DNA from: Fimbriosthenelais zetlandica
Lineage: Eukaryota
Direction: 5' to 3'
Length of the DNA stretch: 64,000 nt
Assembly: GCA_977030845.1 (NCBI GenBank)
Contig: OZ365110.1
Span: forward strand, 40,610,001-40,674,000
Part shown: one piece after another, positions 38,664 to 52,100 of the stretch
How positions within the stretch are numbered: the stretch's first letter is position 1
Layout: the number at the start of each line of letters is the position of its first letter
Translations under genes and position numbers: made by a program
The notes under the pieces: generated by a model
The model's database searches: none
What the model saw: the letters and a program-made list of their open reading frames with translations, nothing else
Told to the model about the DNA's origin: nothing

Positions 38664-40096
38664 ATATATGGCGGAATATTTTTCTCGGCGGTGGAATGCA
38701 TGGAGTATTAGGGCATACAGTATATGAGCATTATATTTGAACCCGTATTTCCTTCGTATTTCATTTCCCTACTTCTCCTGATATGGAGATCCACAGGTAA
38801 TTAAGAGCCTGGCAATATTACGATCTTCTGTACATTCAATCCAATTCTCATCAACAGAATGGGTTTCCTAATGGGACTCTCTCATGATGAAGTTAGGGCC
38901 ATTTGATTCCCACACAGGATACAATAAGATATTGTGGGCAGGATCTGATGGGTAATGGGTGACCTCCATTGTGTTGGTTGGGGTCCGTTTAGTTGTTGCC
39001 TTTACTTGACAGATTGAGACAGTCCTGCTCGATGCAGAACCTCGTGTTTCGACCTCAAATTTGACTTAAATATGAACAAACTCTCCCAAATCTGTATCAT
39101 TATTTCCCATCAATGGGCGTTATAATGATGTATCAATATGAAGCAGGAAGTCCTACTTATCCCTATTTCTAAAAAATCCAGTTTGGAAAAAATCCAGTAT
39201 AAACTACAGTAGGCTGTATAGCCCAGCTGCGACTTCAGAAGTATACAAATAATATACAAGATAAACTTTTATACTTTTCCTATATGAATCTTTAGCGAGG
39301 TTTACCAAATCAGACACATTACCTGCTGTAGATTGCCTTGGCTAATCCACTTCGCCATGGAAAACATTGTGTGGAAAAATGCCTTTTAAATTAGTTTGAT
39401 CATTGTAAAAAATATAATCAAACCCATTCCCCAGTTTCCATAATCACCATTGATTTGTAAGTGACTTTTTCTAAATCGCCTGAAAGGGAAAAGAAGAGTG
39501 GAACGGGCCTAGATAATGAGGATATTTTTATATTGTGAATATTGCTTGTTAAGGAGAAAAACACCCAAGTGAATGGGTCGTTTTATCCAAGTCATTAATG
39601 GTGTTTCTGTCCTGTGTCGCAGAGGCGTCATTTTACCTAAAGGCTCCTTGCGTGAATAATTAAATGTATCAGCAAAAACTCTGATATATGAGGTTGTATT
39701 CTCATTAGTTGAACCACATACATATGATGGTTTAATTAGCAAGGTGAGGAATCCACCCCTTCCCTCCCCTTCCCGCTAACTCTCCTTAATTCTCCCCCTC
39801 CCCTATTTTATTTTCTGTAACTGCTCCCCAATGTTTATTCAAATCACACCTGTGAACATATTATTGCATCAATACAATATTGGATTTGTAGTAGGCCTAA
39901 TTCATCCATACATAATCTATACATACGGTATACTAGGAAAACAGAAGCGTTGTAGTTGGTTATAACTGGGTTATAAATCAAGTTCAAATACCAGCTGTGT
40001 CTGTCTGTGGTGAAGCTTGCGAAAGAACCATCCTTGCTACAGAGCCAACAGTATGTTCCCTCTCGCCGTTAAATCCCGATCTTCCTTAGCTGTGAA

Positions 40097-40190
40097 TGAC
40101 GTCATTGGTTTTGCGTCCCTGTTTGCTGACGTCATCAAAGAGTGGGGTTCTCCTATAAACCTTGTTGCTTTGGTTTATCTCCATTCGGCC
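40097..40190 (+). promoter_or_regulatory. Putative Pol II promoter: CRE x2, CCAAT, TATA box, Inr
   Basis: TGACGTCA at 40097-40104 and 40127-40134, ATTGG at 40104-40108, TATAAA at 40154-40159, and an Inr-like CCATTC with its A at 40183, 29 nt after the first T of the TATA box. Confidence 0.5.
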
Positions 40191-42940
40191 TCGAAACCCT
40201 AATTTCCTCTTGTCAACCCATGCATTATTCCGTAACTAGTGGAGTTCAGGCATAATGTGTTTTCTTAGTTCATCCTTGTCTTCCCATTATCTACCTGCAA
40301 GCCTCCTACGCCCATGGCCATGCATGGGTAATTAACTCATTCTCTTTCATGAAATCTCAAATCTTGCAGAAAAAACAAGCCAAGATAAAGAGTGTGTGCA
40401 TGTGAATATGTCTTTCCAGAACACATGAATACTTCATATTTCAATTAATTTACCGTTCAAACAGCACATCCCTGTGAGAAGTAGAAGTTGAAAAATAAAG
40501 CTCTCCCAATATCGGAAATAATGTTTCAATACCATTTCCTGATACATGATTTAGCTTTGTAGTCCTACTGCCATTTTGTTTCTAGACAGATGATTTGACA
40601 TCGATTTGATCAATTGATAATTTTTCGTTGTCCAAGGCTGAAGATATCACTCTCTGTGGATAACATATCGCATTACATGTCATTGTTGGTTTATTTAGCC
40701 ACAATATATCCCATATCGTCCATGTCAGTCTCATGACCTTCCAGCTATTGAAGGACGCTTTTCAACCAAGTTCTCCATTCATCTTATAAATGGTCTTGGA
40801 TTTAATGACACAGACTCCCCTTGTCTCACTGTACTCTCCAAAAGCAGTTTTGCTATTTCCACATTATATCCTTTGCTTTGATGCAGTCGAGGCAAAATTC
40901 ATTTTCACAAAATATTCACAAAATCTGTTCTATTGTAATTCAATCTAAGTACGTCCTGACTACTTACGGTGCAAGTACTTTGAGTTCATTTGAACTATGT
41001 TTCAAGTTAATATTTTCTATGGTGTATATGAACTCAAGATGGATTATTTAACTTACGTTATGAAACTTATGAATCCTGAAGCACTCTGATTTCTGTTATC
41101 TATGACCCTTCTAATTTTTTGTCTAAATTTAGGTAGCCTTACCAATTATGAAACTGCACTATCTTTTCAGCTCTCTGAGTATACTATCTCTACATTATCA
41201 CTAAATAGCTTTGAGCAGGTGTAAGAGTTAATGGGTCTTCAGACTGCTTATGTATTGTGTGGACCAACATCCATTAATCTAGCATTGAAGGCGAGTAATC
41301 ATAGAAAGTAATGAGAAGTTGTGGCTTTTGTAGTTCGTAATTGAGAAGCTCCCCTCTATCTTTATATCCTACCCAACTCCTACACACCTGCACCTCGTCA
41401 GGGGAAAAAATGGTTCAACTCTTCTTACCCAGATAACGTATGATGATTAAGCACTTATCTGTGGAAAAACAATAAGATCTAAGATACCGTCCTTTAAATC
41501 TTTATTTGGGATTTGGAATTAAATCTCTTTCCCAACTGGGAATAGTATTTCAGTCATTTCTCCCATAGAAGGTATAGTGATAAATGATGCTCGGCAGACA
41601 ATGTGTTTTGACACTTTAAGTATGATATATCTCCATATCTACACGTCCTATTCAACAGGCCCAGCTTTGTGTAGCTCCAGTCCCTTACAATTAACACGTG
41701 GTTGATTTGATAATGACCCATAACATTTCAATGACTTTTTTCATCTGATTCAATCAATTTATCCGGCGAATGATTGCCCCGTGGGCCTTCTTTATAGAGT
41801 CTTCAGTCCCAGCACCATTAACGATTTGAAAAAGTGAATAAATAGCTCTTACGGTGCTGTTGAGGAATCTGGTATTCTGATTTATCGGCCCCCTCAGGGT
41901 TCCTATAGACCCTCGCTTCACTATGTTCCTATTCCTTGGTGCCAGGGGTGGAAGTAGACACTTGAGATGACTTGATAGGCTATTCCACGTTGTCAGACTT
42001 ACTAATGTTGAATTAATAATAACAGAATCACGGTGTTAATATCGTCCACCGTGTCTGAGTGGATCTAATACAGTCATCTCCAGCCTGTCTCTCATTGGAC
42101 TTGTAATTACAATCCCCCAAACCGCCCAAAAAGTTTCAAGTGGCGGGGTCTTAAATTCCCCTTACTTGGTGTTCAGTAGCTGTTGGGCCATGATGTCAAG
42201 GCATAAAAAGTCAAACCAAGTTTATTTGAAAGCATGGTGATATTTGAATGATTCAATAAGATTGTTATGCAGAATTGTAGATTTAAAAAAAAATAATTTT
42301 AAATTGTATGTAACAAAATTATCAGCCATAACTTAATTACCATAGAATCCCTCTACTTCAATGATTTATACATGATATGTATACATGTATACACATAATT
42401 CCATAACCAAATGCTACACTGTTTGCACTGACCAGCAGGTAAAATCTGGGAAGAATTTCATCTCTGTTAAAAGCCTCTGAAGCACTTTGTGTTTTATTGC
42501 TCGTTAAGGGTCCTTACGGGCTTGATGCGTGTTATTGCAAACGAAATGGACAAATTTAATTTATCGCTTTCTTGAATTAAATTTTTATTGTAGGTTCACT
42601 TGATACTTAATTGGAGCACATTCCAAATATTACATTGAATGTTTTACTATCAGAACCTTATTTGGTCTGAGATATCGAGAAATAAAGTAAAACGCATACA
42701 GTTGTTTTTGGCTGATTTGATCGATTCGTTAAGGATCAATTGCCATGCCTTGCATGTGAAATGAAATTTTAGTTGTTGGTCATTCCTTTATTATGTGGGT
42801 TCTTGGGAATGACACGCAAGTGACTCATAATCATGCATCTGTCCCAATTTCACCGAGAAGCACAACAAAAGCTTTGCCTACAAAAATTATAAAAACTTCC
42901 ATATAAAATCAAATAGGATAGACAAGCTATAGAATTAGGA

Positions 42941-42955
42941 GGGGGGGGGGGGGGG
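42941..42955. repeat. Poly-G run (15 nt)
   Basis: Direct reading of the sequence. Confidence 0.95.
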
Positions 42956-44064
42956 ACGAAAACGCCGTGCCAATGTCTTGGACCAGTAAACTATTCTGTA
43001 ACTGTTATAAATCCTCAGGTAATGATCCCCACACTTCCAGAATATATTTTTGAGCATCGTATAAAAGTGTTGGCGAGTGCTTTTGACATTTAACTGTGAC
43101 TTTACACTGTGACTACACATCTGAGTGTGTACGAAACGTACTTATTTTAATATTGACAGAATATTCTAACATCGATTTTCAAGTTCTTATATCTTTCACT
43201 GTTACAGTGAAGAATACATCATTTCTACAAAATTAATGGTTTAAAAAGTGTGCAAATATTTTTGGCGACAGGGTAATAGTGCTATGAAATGAGCAAAATG
43301 AGCCTGTGATGTGTTCAGCTTTTCCCATCTAGCTATGTGACAAAAAGTGTAGGGTGGAAGTATGTTCCTCTTAGAAGAGGTGTCACCTGTTGTCATGATG
43401 TAAGTAGTCGGTACATTAGCAATATGACTCTTTGACTTCTTACACACTCAGGTGTGTGACTATCACATCACATGCAGTCTTTTACCTGCTCCGCCAACTC
43501 CCACACTCTCAAAAAAGGCCAGGGATTCACAAAAGGAATCCATAAATAGTTGATTCAGCAAAGTCAGGTTCTAATCAAGGTCTCGCCATCGAAGCATTTG
43601 AATCATTTTCCAAAGTGAAGTACACTTTTCATCGTGAGTTCTTTTTCATTTATTTTCCGAAGTGAAATATATTTTTCATCATGAATTGCTTACAGTTCCT
43701 TTTTCAAACATTGTTCATAGGCCTAAATGAATTGCCTTTGAATAAACCATTTTCTTTTCGCATTTGACCATTATAAAAACGAATCAGTATTTGTCCCCCA
43801 GATAATTGTCTATAATTCATTTTGGTTCAGACAATTGCAGCATATATTTGCACAATCCATCATCTGTCTCATTACCCTTGTAATGAATTAGCTAACCCAA
43901 GGCTACAAACTTGATTTCTTTCTCATAATTTGTTTACGATTACGGGAATTTATCATAATTAAGATACTACTTTCCATTTTTCCTGATAATATAAAATAAA
44001 AGTCATATATTATGATGGTGTTCAATATTGACGTAATGATATTACATCACTTTTGATCATCCAT

Positions 44065-44300
44065 CTGGCATTCTCTCTTTTGTTTGCGTTCTTTCTTTCC
44101 CCTTTCCCATTCACTCATACCATAATTACTTCCCTTCCTTCCTTCCTTCCTTTCTCCATCCCACGCTCCCTCTCTTCCTTCCTTCTTTCCTTCCTCCCTC
44201 ACTCCCTCTCTCCCTCCTTCCTTCCCACTTTCCCTTTTGTTACATTTTTTATGCTTATTCGTCCTCTATCTTTCTTTCTCTGTTTTGTTCTTTCTTTCTC
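44065..44300. repeat. (TTCC/CTTT)-rich polypyrimidine tract
   Basis: A long C/T-rich block including CTTCCTTCCTTCCTTCC. It explains the Phe/Ser/Leu-rich ORF 44053..44379. Confidence 0.9.
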
Positions 44301-44762
44301 TCTTTTAATCCATACCTTGACCCTTGCATGTCCCAACATTGTGCGCTGGTCATGTCCCGACTGTGTGGGTATAGACTAGGCGTCCCACAGGTGGTCCAAC
44401 TATAGAAGTAACCATTGTCCATCCATACACACGTGTACATACACAGTGCCCACTCGGACCTAATTCCCATCTCATTACCCTCCCATCTATTGTGGTGAGA
44501 AAAAACTCCTATGGACCTTGTCTTCACCCAGCCTCCATCAATTAGGAATGGTGCGTATAATGACCGCCAGTCCGGGCCGAGCGAGAGAGCAAACCGAGAC
44601 TGCAATGAGCAGGGGTGCTCTGATGAATCATTAATAAAGCACAATAGGCGCGCTCTATCGTCTGTATACAGGGTATAAGATCACTGACTATAAGAGAAGA
44701 AGCTCGAAGAAAGCTACAGTTTCTCTGTTAGTGATCAAGAGAATAAATAATTAAACGCTCAC

Positions 44763-44804
44763 CTTTACTGATCTTATTTGCATGGCCCCCCAAGACCCAA
44801 ACTA
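44763..44804 (-). CDS. Candidate micro-exon (42 nt, or 39 nt with the second AG)
   Basis: tcctctctttcctgTAG|TAG|TTTGGG...GTAAAG|GTGAGC. It has a tandem TAGTAG acceptor and a good donor. The 39-nt form reads FGSWGAMQIRSVK in phase 0. Confidence 0.2.
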
Positions 44805-47192
44805 CTACAGGAAAGAGAGGGATTGAACATGTATACAGCCTTCTATGGATAATCTTACAAGACACCACTTGTAGGCCTACCTTTAAGGAAGATTCATTAG
44901 ACATTTTGATCCATTCCAATCAAAGTGAATCCAAGACAGGGTATCACATCTATCCATTAATATTAGCATTAATATTCGTTTAGCTACTGCAAAATGAAAA
45001 TCAATTGGATTTTGTCTAAATACGAGCCTACAAGATCGTATGTCAGACATTTCGAAGTAAAAATCCTGCGATAGTTTCACCGAGAACAGTCCCGCGACAG
45101 CTTGGGGGACCACTCGCTGGCTTGCAAGACATTGCAGAAGCAAGCAACGAGCACTCGCAGTGCAATTTTTTCCAGCGAAAGGTCCAGAGAGGGCTCGCAG
45201 ATGTGTTATGCAAGAGGGGGATTAAACATAGAGTTCATCTGCTCTTCTATACTTTGCACTTGTGCTTCTCTCCACCTGAAGGTCCACATTGGATTTGAAG
45301 CTCTTGACCTGGTGATTTAACGATCAGCAGAAAGCTTTTAGCTCATTGACAGCCGCCCTGGCCTAATTGAAGCCAGTCATGAAGGCCCAACTAATGTCGC
45401 TGAAAGCACTAGCTGAATATGTTACCATTTTACGTTTAAGTGATGTAGGATCGCGGATTTGACTCCGACAAAGGCATCAAAGCTCCTCTTTTTACATTAA
45501 CCAAGAACCTAACTCCTCCGAGAAAATTGTGCCCTGTTGAAATGTCATACCTCCCAAGATTCCATGTAAGAAATGATGAGTGTTGCAAGTCCGAATAAGT
45601 CAAGGTTTCACAATGGAGTGGAGAATGTATTGAGGTGTTGTAAAAATGGAACTTTTGTGTTGGAGCCCCAGATCTTTTTTATCCGACTAATGGAGTAAAC
45701 GTCATTGTCAACTTTTGGGTTCTCCTATACCTGTATTATTCTCTGTCAAAAACTCAGAGATTGAGATTTGTGATGTCAACCTGCACAATTGAGTTGTAAG
45801 ACGGAAAGGATAAAGCATCCAAAATACCAAAATGAATATCCATTCTGACTCAGATGCAACAGCCGACGTTTTTGTCAGCTCATTCTGGTGACAGATCTCA
45901 TTTTCAGAGAAGCCTTAGCAGGACAACTTTAGCTGATTTTTGGATTTTCAAAGGATTTCGGAAAGACTCCTTCAGAATTTTATTTCATACTAAAAAGATT
46001 CCTTCCTAATGTTTCTTCTTAATTTCTATTATTTCCAGAAAGAAAGTCTATTGGAAATCTTTATGTTATTGGCTTCCAAAGCCCATGCAAACGTTCATGT
46101 TTCATTTCACCGAGCCCTTCATAATTATTATGAGCATGAGTGCAGTCGTTGTTGTAAAAATTTGTTTTTCGTTTTTCGGAGTGAACTAGCTGCAGTCCAT
46201 GGACATCGATGAAAGGTTTTTGACCACTTATGTCCTGCTTTAGCACTTCAGTGAGTGACCTGCTCCATTAGTTGTAATAGATTACTGTCAACCTGTCTTT
46301 GGATGCAGCGAGAGCTTTGAGGAAATGAAGAGAGGTCCGTAAGGGGGATATGAACTGCTCAGTTCCTGGTCTCCTATGTAAATGAGGAATCAACAGGCTA
46401 AGTTAGTACCCTCTTTGTACAGTTTGCACAGCCCAGTGATGGCACAGAGGATATTGTCATTGCTACTACTTGCTCCAGTCTTGTCCGGACGAAACCAGAC
46501 TGATGATTTCTCCTATACGAAGCAATGCCCATCAACCTGACTGACTGAAGAGACTATTGTAAATCATCCCAAGCACATGATGTATCAGATATAGACCCAC
46601 ACTTCCTCTAGCCTGATATGAGGCTAGATTTGAGGCTAATAAAGGAAGGTGCATTTTTTACATCACGAAAAAATGAGAATGTGTTTAGTGTTCTGAGGCT
46701 AGCCTCAAAACACAGGAGAGTGTTTATTAGGGGGAGTGTTTTAGGACGCTTACACCTGATTGCTTAATATTTGCGATATTATCTGCAAATGTTTCATTTA
46801 TCAGTTTGTTTGGTCTCTTCTAAAAGGTACAGATGCCTAATCTGTATCGGAAGGTCGGTTGTCGTCTGTGTGCTTGGTGTGTGAGGTCCTTTACTCATGG
46901 CCCGAGGTGTCTATCTTTATTTTGTGAGTGAGAACTGGTGTCAAGTGACCCAGTCTGGTATCGATTCATCAAATCCTTATCAAATGGCCAGCCACCATTT
47001 GAAACACTTCTTAAAAGATTTTCATTTTACCCTTCGCTGGTGAAGACCTAAACGGATAGACTTTTTCGGTAACCCTTCTCTGAAGTGCATTTCCCAGTTT
47101 TTCCCATTAAGTAGATACATCCATAGGAATTTATCTTCCTTTCCGCTATCTGTCTAAGGGAAGATTAGCTCCAGCGAGTGTTGCTTTCTTAC

Positions 47193-47243
47193 ATCACTGA
47201 AACTCTGCCATCGAAATAGATTATACGTCTCTTTGATCTTGGC
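47193..47243 (-). CDS. Candidate exon (51 nt)
   Basis: Branch-like CTTAAT, acceptor caccccatttctttCAG, donor GAT|GTAAGA. Open as AKIKETYNLFRWQSFSD (phase 0) or PRSKRRIIYFDGRVSV (phase 2). Confidence 0.3.
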
Positions 47244-48814
47244 CTGAAAGAAATGGGGTGATTAAGATAAGCCGTAAAGGCATAGAGCTGAGATTTCAGC
47301 TTGGGTTAAGTCGTCTTTGGTACTCAGTTTTGTAACAGCCATCTGTGAAAATCCATTTGGCGCATGGCCATCTTGAGCGGTGTATTGCTCGTTGGTAATA
47401 GGCGTGTCAAGGGAGCAGCTCTCAAGTTGATAGTTTGTGGCACTAGGTTAGAGATGCGCCACCCTCTGGCCTGCCATCCACACCTGTGTGCTAACCCCTT
47501 TTTAACCATAAAGTCGGTAACCACTGGCTGTCCACTTTTTATACCTCTCGCCTCTTGACTCCAGGGCTTCCGGAGGTCAGAAGAGCCAGCACAGACTTTT
47601 TTCAGGGTCGTGTAGAGATGGTTTTGCGGGTATGGAACTGACAGAGATTGGGTTAGTCCCATTAAAGTTCCATCACCCTGAACATATAGAGTTGTGGTGT
47701 TAATAGTATTCCTGCTTGGTCAATACATCATATTTATATCATGTTTTGCTACTACACAGATTATATAGTGGTCTATATTATATTTTTTGTTGATATTTCT
47801 GTCTCCGATTTCTACTATTAGACCAAACAAATTGACAGAGGGACAGAGTTTGCAGTTAATATTACAAATAAGTGACCAGACCTGACAAGTTATGAAGCTT
47901 GATTAAAGAAGATGTGGACAATTTTCACACCATCTCGATTTACCAGTCGGTCGGGTTGGTGCGTGCCTATAGTGAATGACAGCTGAACTATCTGATCAAA
48001 TATTCCCCAACGCCTTTAATCCACACAGCCGCAGGCATTCTCTTAGATCTATTCTATTGCCATTGATATGCGTCAAAGGCAATCCATATCTTTCATTCCC
48101 ATGTTAATTTAAGCTTGTCTTAAAAGAAGAACAGCTGATTTTGCAGGAAATGCTAAACTCAACTGTTGATTAACCGTGGCAAAATAATAAATTCTAGTGG
48201 ACATATCGAAATGCGTTGCAATGCAGTTAAATGAATTTGTGCTGAAAATGCACTTTCCCTATGCTTGTGCCCAAAACGGTACACAAATACATCTTGTAAA
48301 TATTTTATAATTGTCTAGATGAATTAATACTTGCCGTACTGCTTGACCCCCCACGGATTGACATATTGCAAAGAATATATTCCCAGCGACTCTTTTGCCT
48401 ATGGCAATTTAGTAATAGACTGTACTCTTCTGACAAAGGTTTTTTCTCTTTGAAACGTGAAATGTTTGGCTGTACTGAGATAAATACACATAGCTAAAAA
48501 TTTCGACAGTGCATTATCATCAGTAAAGACATTGTTATAGAGTAAAAGCTAGAAAAGGGATCCATTTGTAGGTCGATTTCTCTATCTGTCTTTCTGTGAA
48601 ATTATTGGTACTGGAGAATAAAGTATAGATGACCGTGCTGGGGTGATTTCTTGTGTGCCTGGCCGCTGATATTACATGTAGTGTTTGGTATTGGGTGGTC
48701 CACCGAATAGAGTGGTCAGTGAGAAATGATGGAGGAGAATGGACTGATTATCACACATTGTAGGGTTTGTACAGGAGGGCAATAGCAACTACTACTACAG
48801 GCTCATTTTACACT

Positions 48815-49130
48815 GAGTGTCGTTCGTGTCGTGGTTAGACTGTCTGCCCCGTGTGTGGAAGGTCACCGGTTCGAACCGCAGCCATGTCAAACCAAAAGAT
48901 TTAAAGTTGGTACTATAGTGGCTCCACCACTTTGCACTCAGCAATAACAGGAGAGTACTAGTACTGGTTGGTATGGTGTCAGGATAATGTGATTGGCTAG
49001 GATCAACGTTGCTAAGATATAATGCCATGTGCCTGTGATGTGAGGCAGCATAGGGCTGATGTGAGGCAGCATAGGGCTTACTGTCACATGTAGACATCAT
49101 GAGATAACTGAAAGTTTCGACCCGTCGAAA
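48815..49130 (+). mobile_element. tRNA-derived SINE, near full length
   Basis: A-box-like GTGTCGTGGTTAG and B box GGTTCGAACC (48868-48877). The body GCACTCAGCAATAACAGGAGAGTACTAGTACTGGTTGGTATGGTGTCAGGATAATGTGA is shared with the copy at 59104. There is an internal 21-bp duplication TGATGTGAGGCAGCATAGGGC x2. The central domain resembles the MetaSINE type (from memory). Confidence 0.85.
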
Positions 49131-52100
49131 AATACTGTGTTTACAGTTTCAAAACTTCAAGATATGAGGACATCATAATTTTGAGGAATTCATTGTTTTT
49201 CTTGTATCGCCCTTTTTCCAAATTCCTAGAGGCGTTTACACAACGTTCTTTTAGGTCCGAGAGATTGGAAAGAGAAAAAAACAACATTTTATTGCATGAA
49301 GTTGGTGATGGCACTAACAACATAAACTGACGTGGTCATTGTGACCGGTTAATTCAGTTTGTTGCTGGTTTACTTGGATGAATGATTTATTGAGAGCGAC
49401 ATGTCTCTTTCAGCACAGTAACAATTTAGTGCTGGGCATATTCACACAGACATAAATTATATCGAGTTATGTTGTTTTACTCGTTCATTTCTTAATTGTA
49501 ACTGAAAGGATTTTCATTATTTTTTATACATTGGCTTGAACAAATCAGAGCGTTTGATAAAGAGCAGTTGAACTCATGTCACAGGTGATTTTTTTTTTAT
49601 AAATACTCCCGCCTTGGTCTTTCTATTTGAGCACTGCTAGCCGAGAGAGTGCACTTAAATCATATGGCTTCTGCGACTCAATAAGAAAATCTAATTAAGG
49701 TGCATTAGGGATGTTCTTTATAAATATGACAAGAAAGGCAAGCAACCGAAGGCGTTTGTCGTCTGTTCCAGCCATAATCTGAGTTCATTGTAATTGTAAT
49801 GAACTGAACAGTCGTGGCACATGTATGGCGATGTGATAGGTCTTGAAAATGAGAAAATAGTCCAGGGGAGGTTAACTAACAACAGTACACACAGACATAT
49901 GATCTGCACTGCACGAAAACATAAAAAAGTGTGTATTTATTGCAAATTGTCAGCCTTCAAAAGATAGTTTTCCAAAAAAACAACTTTACTTTAAAGGTTA
50001 GAAGCTGAGGTATGATGTATATCAAGGAAAAAATCATTATGGAAAAGATTTTCGTGATATATCACTATCTTTCATTGCCGTTTTAAATCTTCTCGAAAAT
50101 TACAAAACCAAGGCAATTGCCTTCATATCTCTGATGCAAAAACGACCCTGAAAGTCTGACATTTGTATTATCCCCTTATGTCAGTAATTTACCTATTGTT
50201 GCTATATCTATAACCTTTAATGACACAAGAAAAAACTACTTAATTAGGCCCTGAAGAACAATGGAAACTGGGGTGGCATTGTACGCCGAGTCTTTGTCAA
50301 AAAGGTTATCGTCGCAACTATGATGTATGACAAAGGTCACTAGTCGTTGAAACACTTATTCCTGACCAACATCAAAGTCTCTCTGACCTGCCTGTGGTTG
50401 TTCCACATTATATGAGATACGAAAATCCTTGACCTTATCTGGTTCAGCTTGGCCCAGAGGAAGCAAATTGGTTGCTGGTAACAACTGCTTGTCACTTGGG
50501 TGTGGTCTTGTTTCCATTTCGATTAAGGTGTTTGAGGCATAAGTGAACTTTACCGATCGTGTTCTCCCACTGGGAGCCTCAGGAAGAGCAGTTGTAATCA
50601 GTGAAAGGTGATCTCACACGGCTAACTGGCCTCCACACTGTCACTGTCCCTCTGGCTTTTCTTTGTAGTTATTTGCGGTGGGACACTGACTGACTGGTTC
50701 TCTCGGCCTGATCTGTAGTTTCTGCCAAACGTCCTGAAGTTTAATTATTCTCGCACACAATGTCACACAGGTCTACATGTGGTTTTATTTTTAATATACA
50801 TGGTGATAGTTCATAAGTATGGGTAGCTCCAATGAATTTTCTTCCTCGAGGGTGCAGTGATTTTTCATTGCGATATTCCACTGGGGGGTGGAGGTTTCTT
50901 CACACTCGCAAGGCATTCCGGCAAGACAACCGCAAAACATTCCCGGATCAACTGAAGTGGCGCATTTGCCACTGCAGTACATGCGATTGATGCGATTCTG
51001 CTAGTGCAACCTCTCTAGTGTCAGTATGCCTACTGGTGGTTGTGACAGTGTGGCAAACCACAAAAAAAAATAATTAAAATCTAATGGAGCTACCACTGTT
51101 CCAATGCTCGAGGTCTCTAGACTGCCATTGTTCTACATCTACGTATTAACCTACAATCCATTTATCTGGGATATATGGGATGCCAACTTCTTCTGATCTT
51201 GTCTAAGAAGTTGAATGTGTACATGTATGAATCAGTATTGCAGTGCCGATGATGGCCACTTTAAGATAAAGTTACTTTCATATTTTATCAAAGTCTGTTG
51301 TCTCTTGGGGCGTAGATTAGATTTTTTTCGCGAATGGGATTATACTCTCGATACGATCAAAGAAATCTGTGCAGTCAGAAATCAGTCTAGAAACCTGCCC
51401 TGAATGAGAAGCTGGGATAGCTACCTGTCTCATCTCCATACAGCTCTCCCACGCACCGCCGCCAGATACCTGATATGATTGCTCAATTCCAGAATCAGAA
51501 AAAGTAGTGTGAAACCTTGTTTGTTATTCTTGTTGAAACTAAGTGTATTTTTAGATGAACTTTCCTCCCATAACAGGCTCTATAAAAATGTTAACTAAAA
51601 AAACAAAAAACAAATAGGCATCGCATAATTATGTATTACATTGTAGTTGAATATCAAATCTCTGCATGCAGAATGAAAAACCACTATACTCCGTATTTCA
51701 TCTTTCACTTTGTAACGCAAACTTGTAGAAAAGATCACCAACACATGAGGTGAATCATTTGTAAAGAAAGCATTACATTGAATGAAATTTCCATTATTGA
51801 TGGTCCGTTTCCCTTATGGAGGGATTACAGGAGGGAATGTATGACTTATTCAGACATTAATGTACCATTAGGCCACCTCCCCTTGTATGCATACAGCCAT
51901 CCCCAATACTATCCGCGATTCAGACTGGGCGTAGAGGACCAAAATGGACTAACATCAACCTTTCCTTGCTTCTAATAATATGGCCCTATTTGGAAAAAGG
52001 CAGGAAACAAGACTTTTGGACCTCCCGGGGTGATCAATTCATGGGATTGCATGGTGGTGGGCCACTCGTCCTAACCTTCTCTCCGGCACCGAGCAAGACG

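Noticed and set aside
51975-52060. YGPIWK...KTFGP resembling a mitochondrial-clan cytochrome P450 N-terminus
   Set aside because: It is preceded by two stops, has no splice sites, and no further P450 motifs follow.
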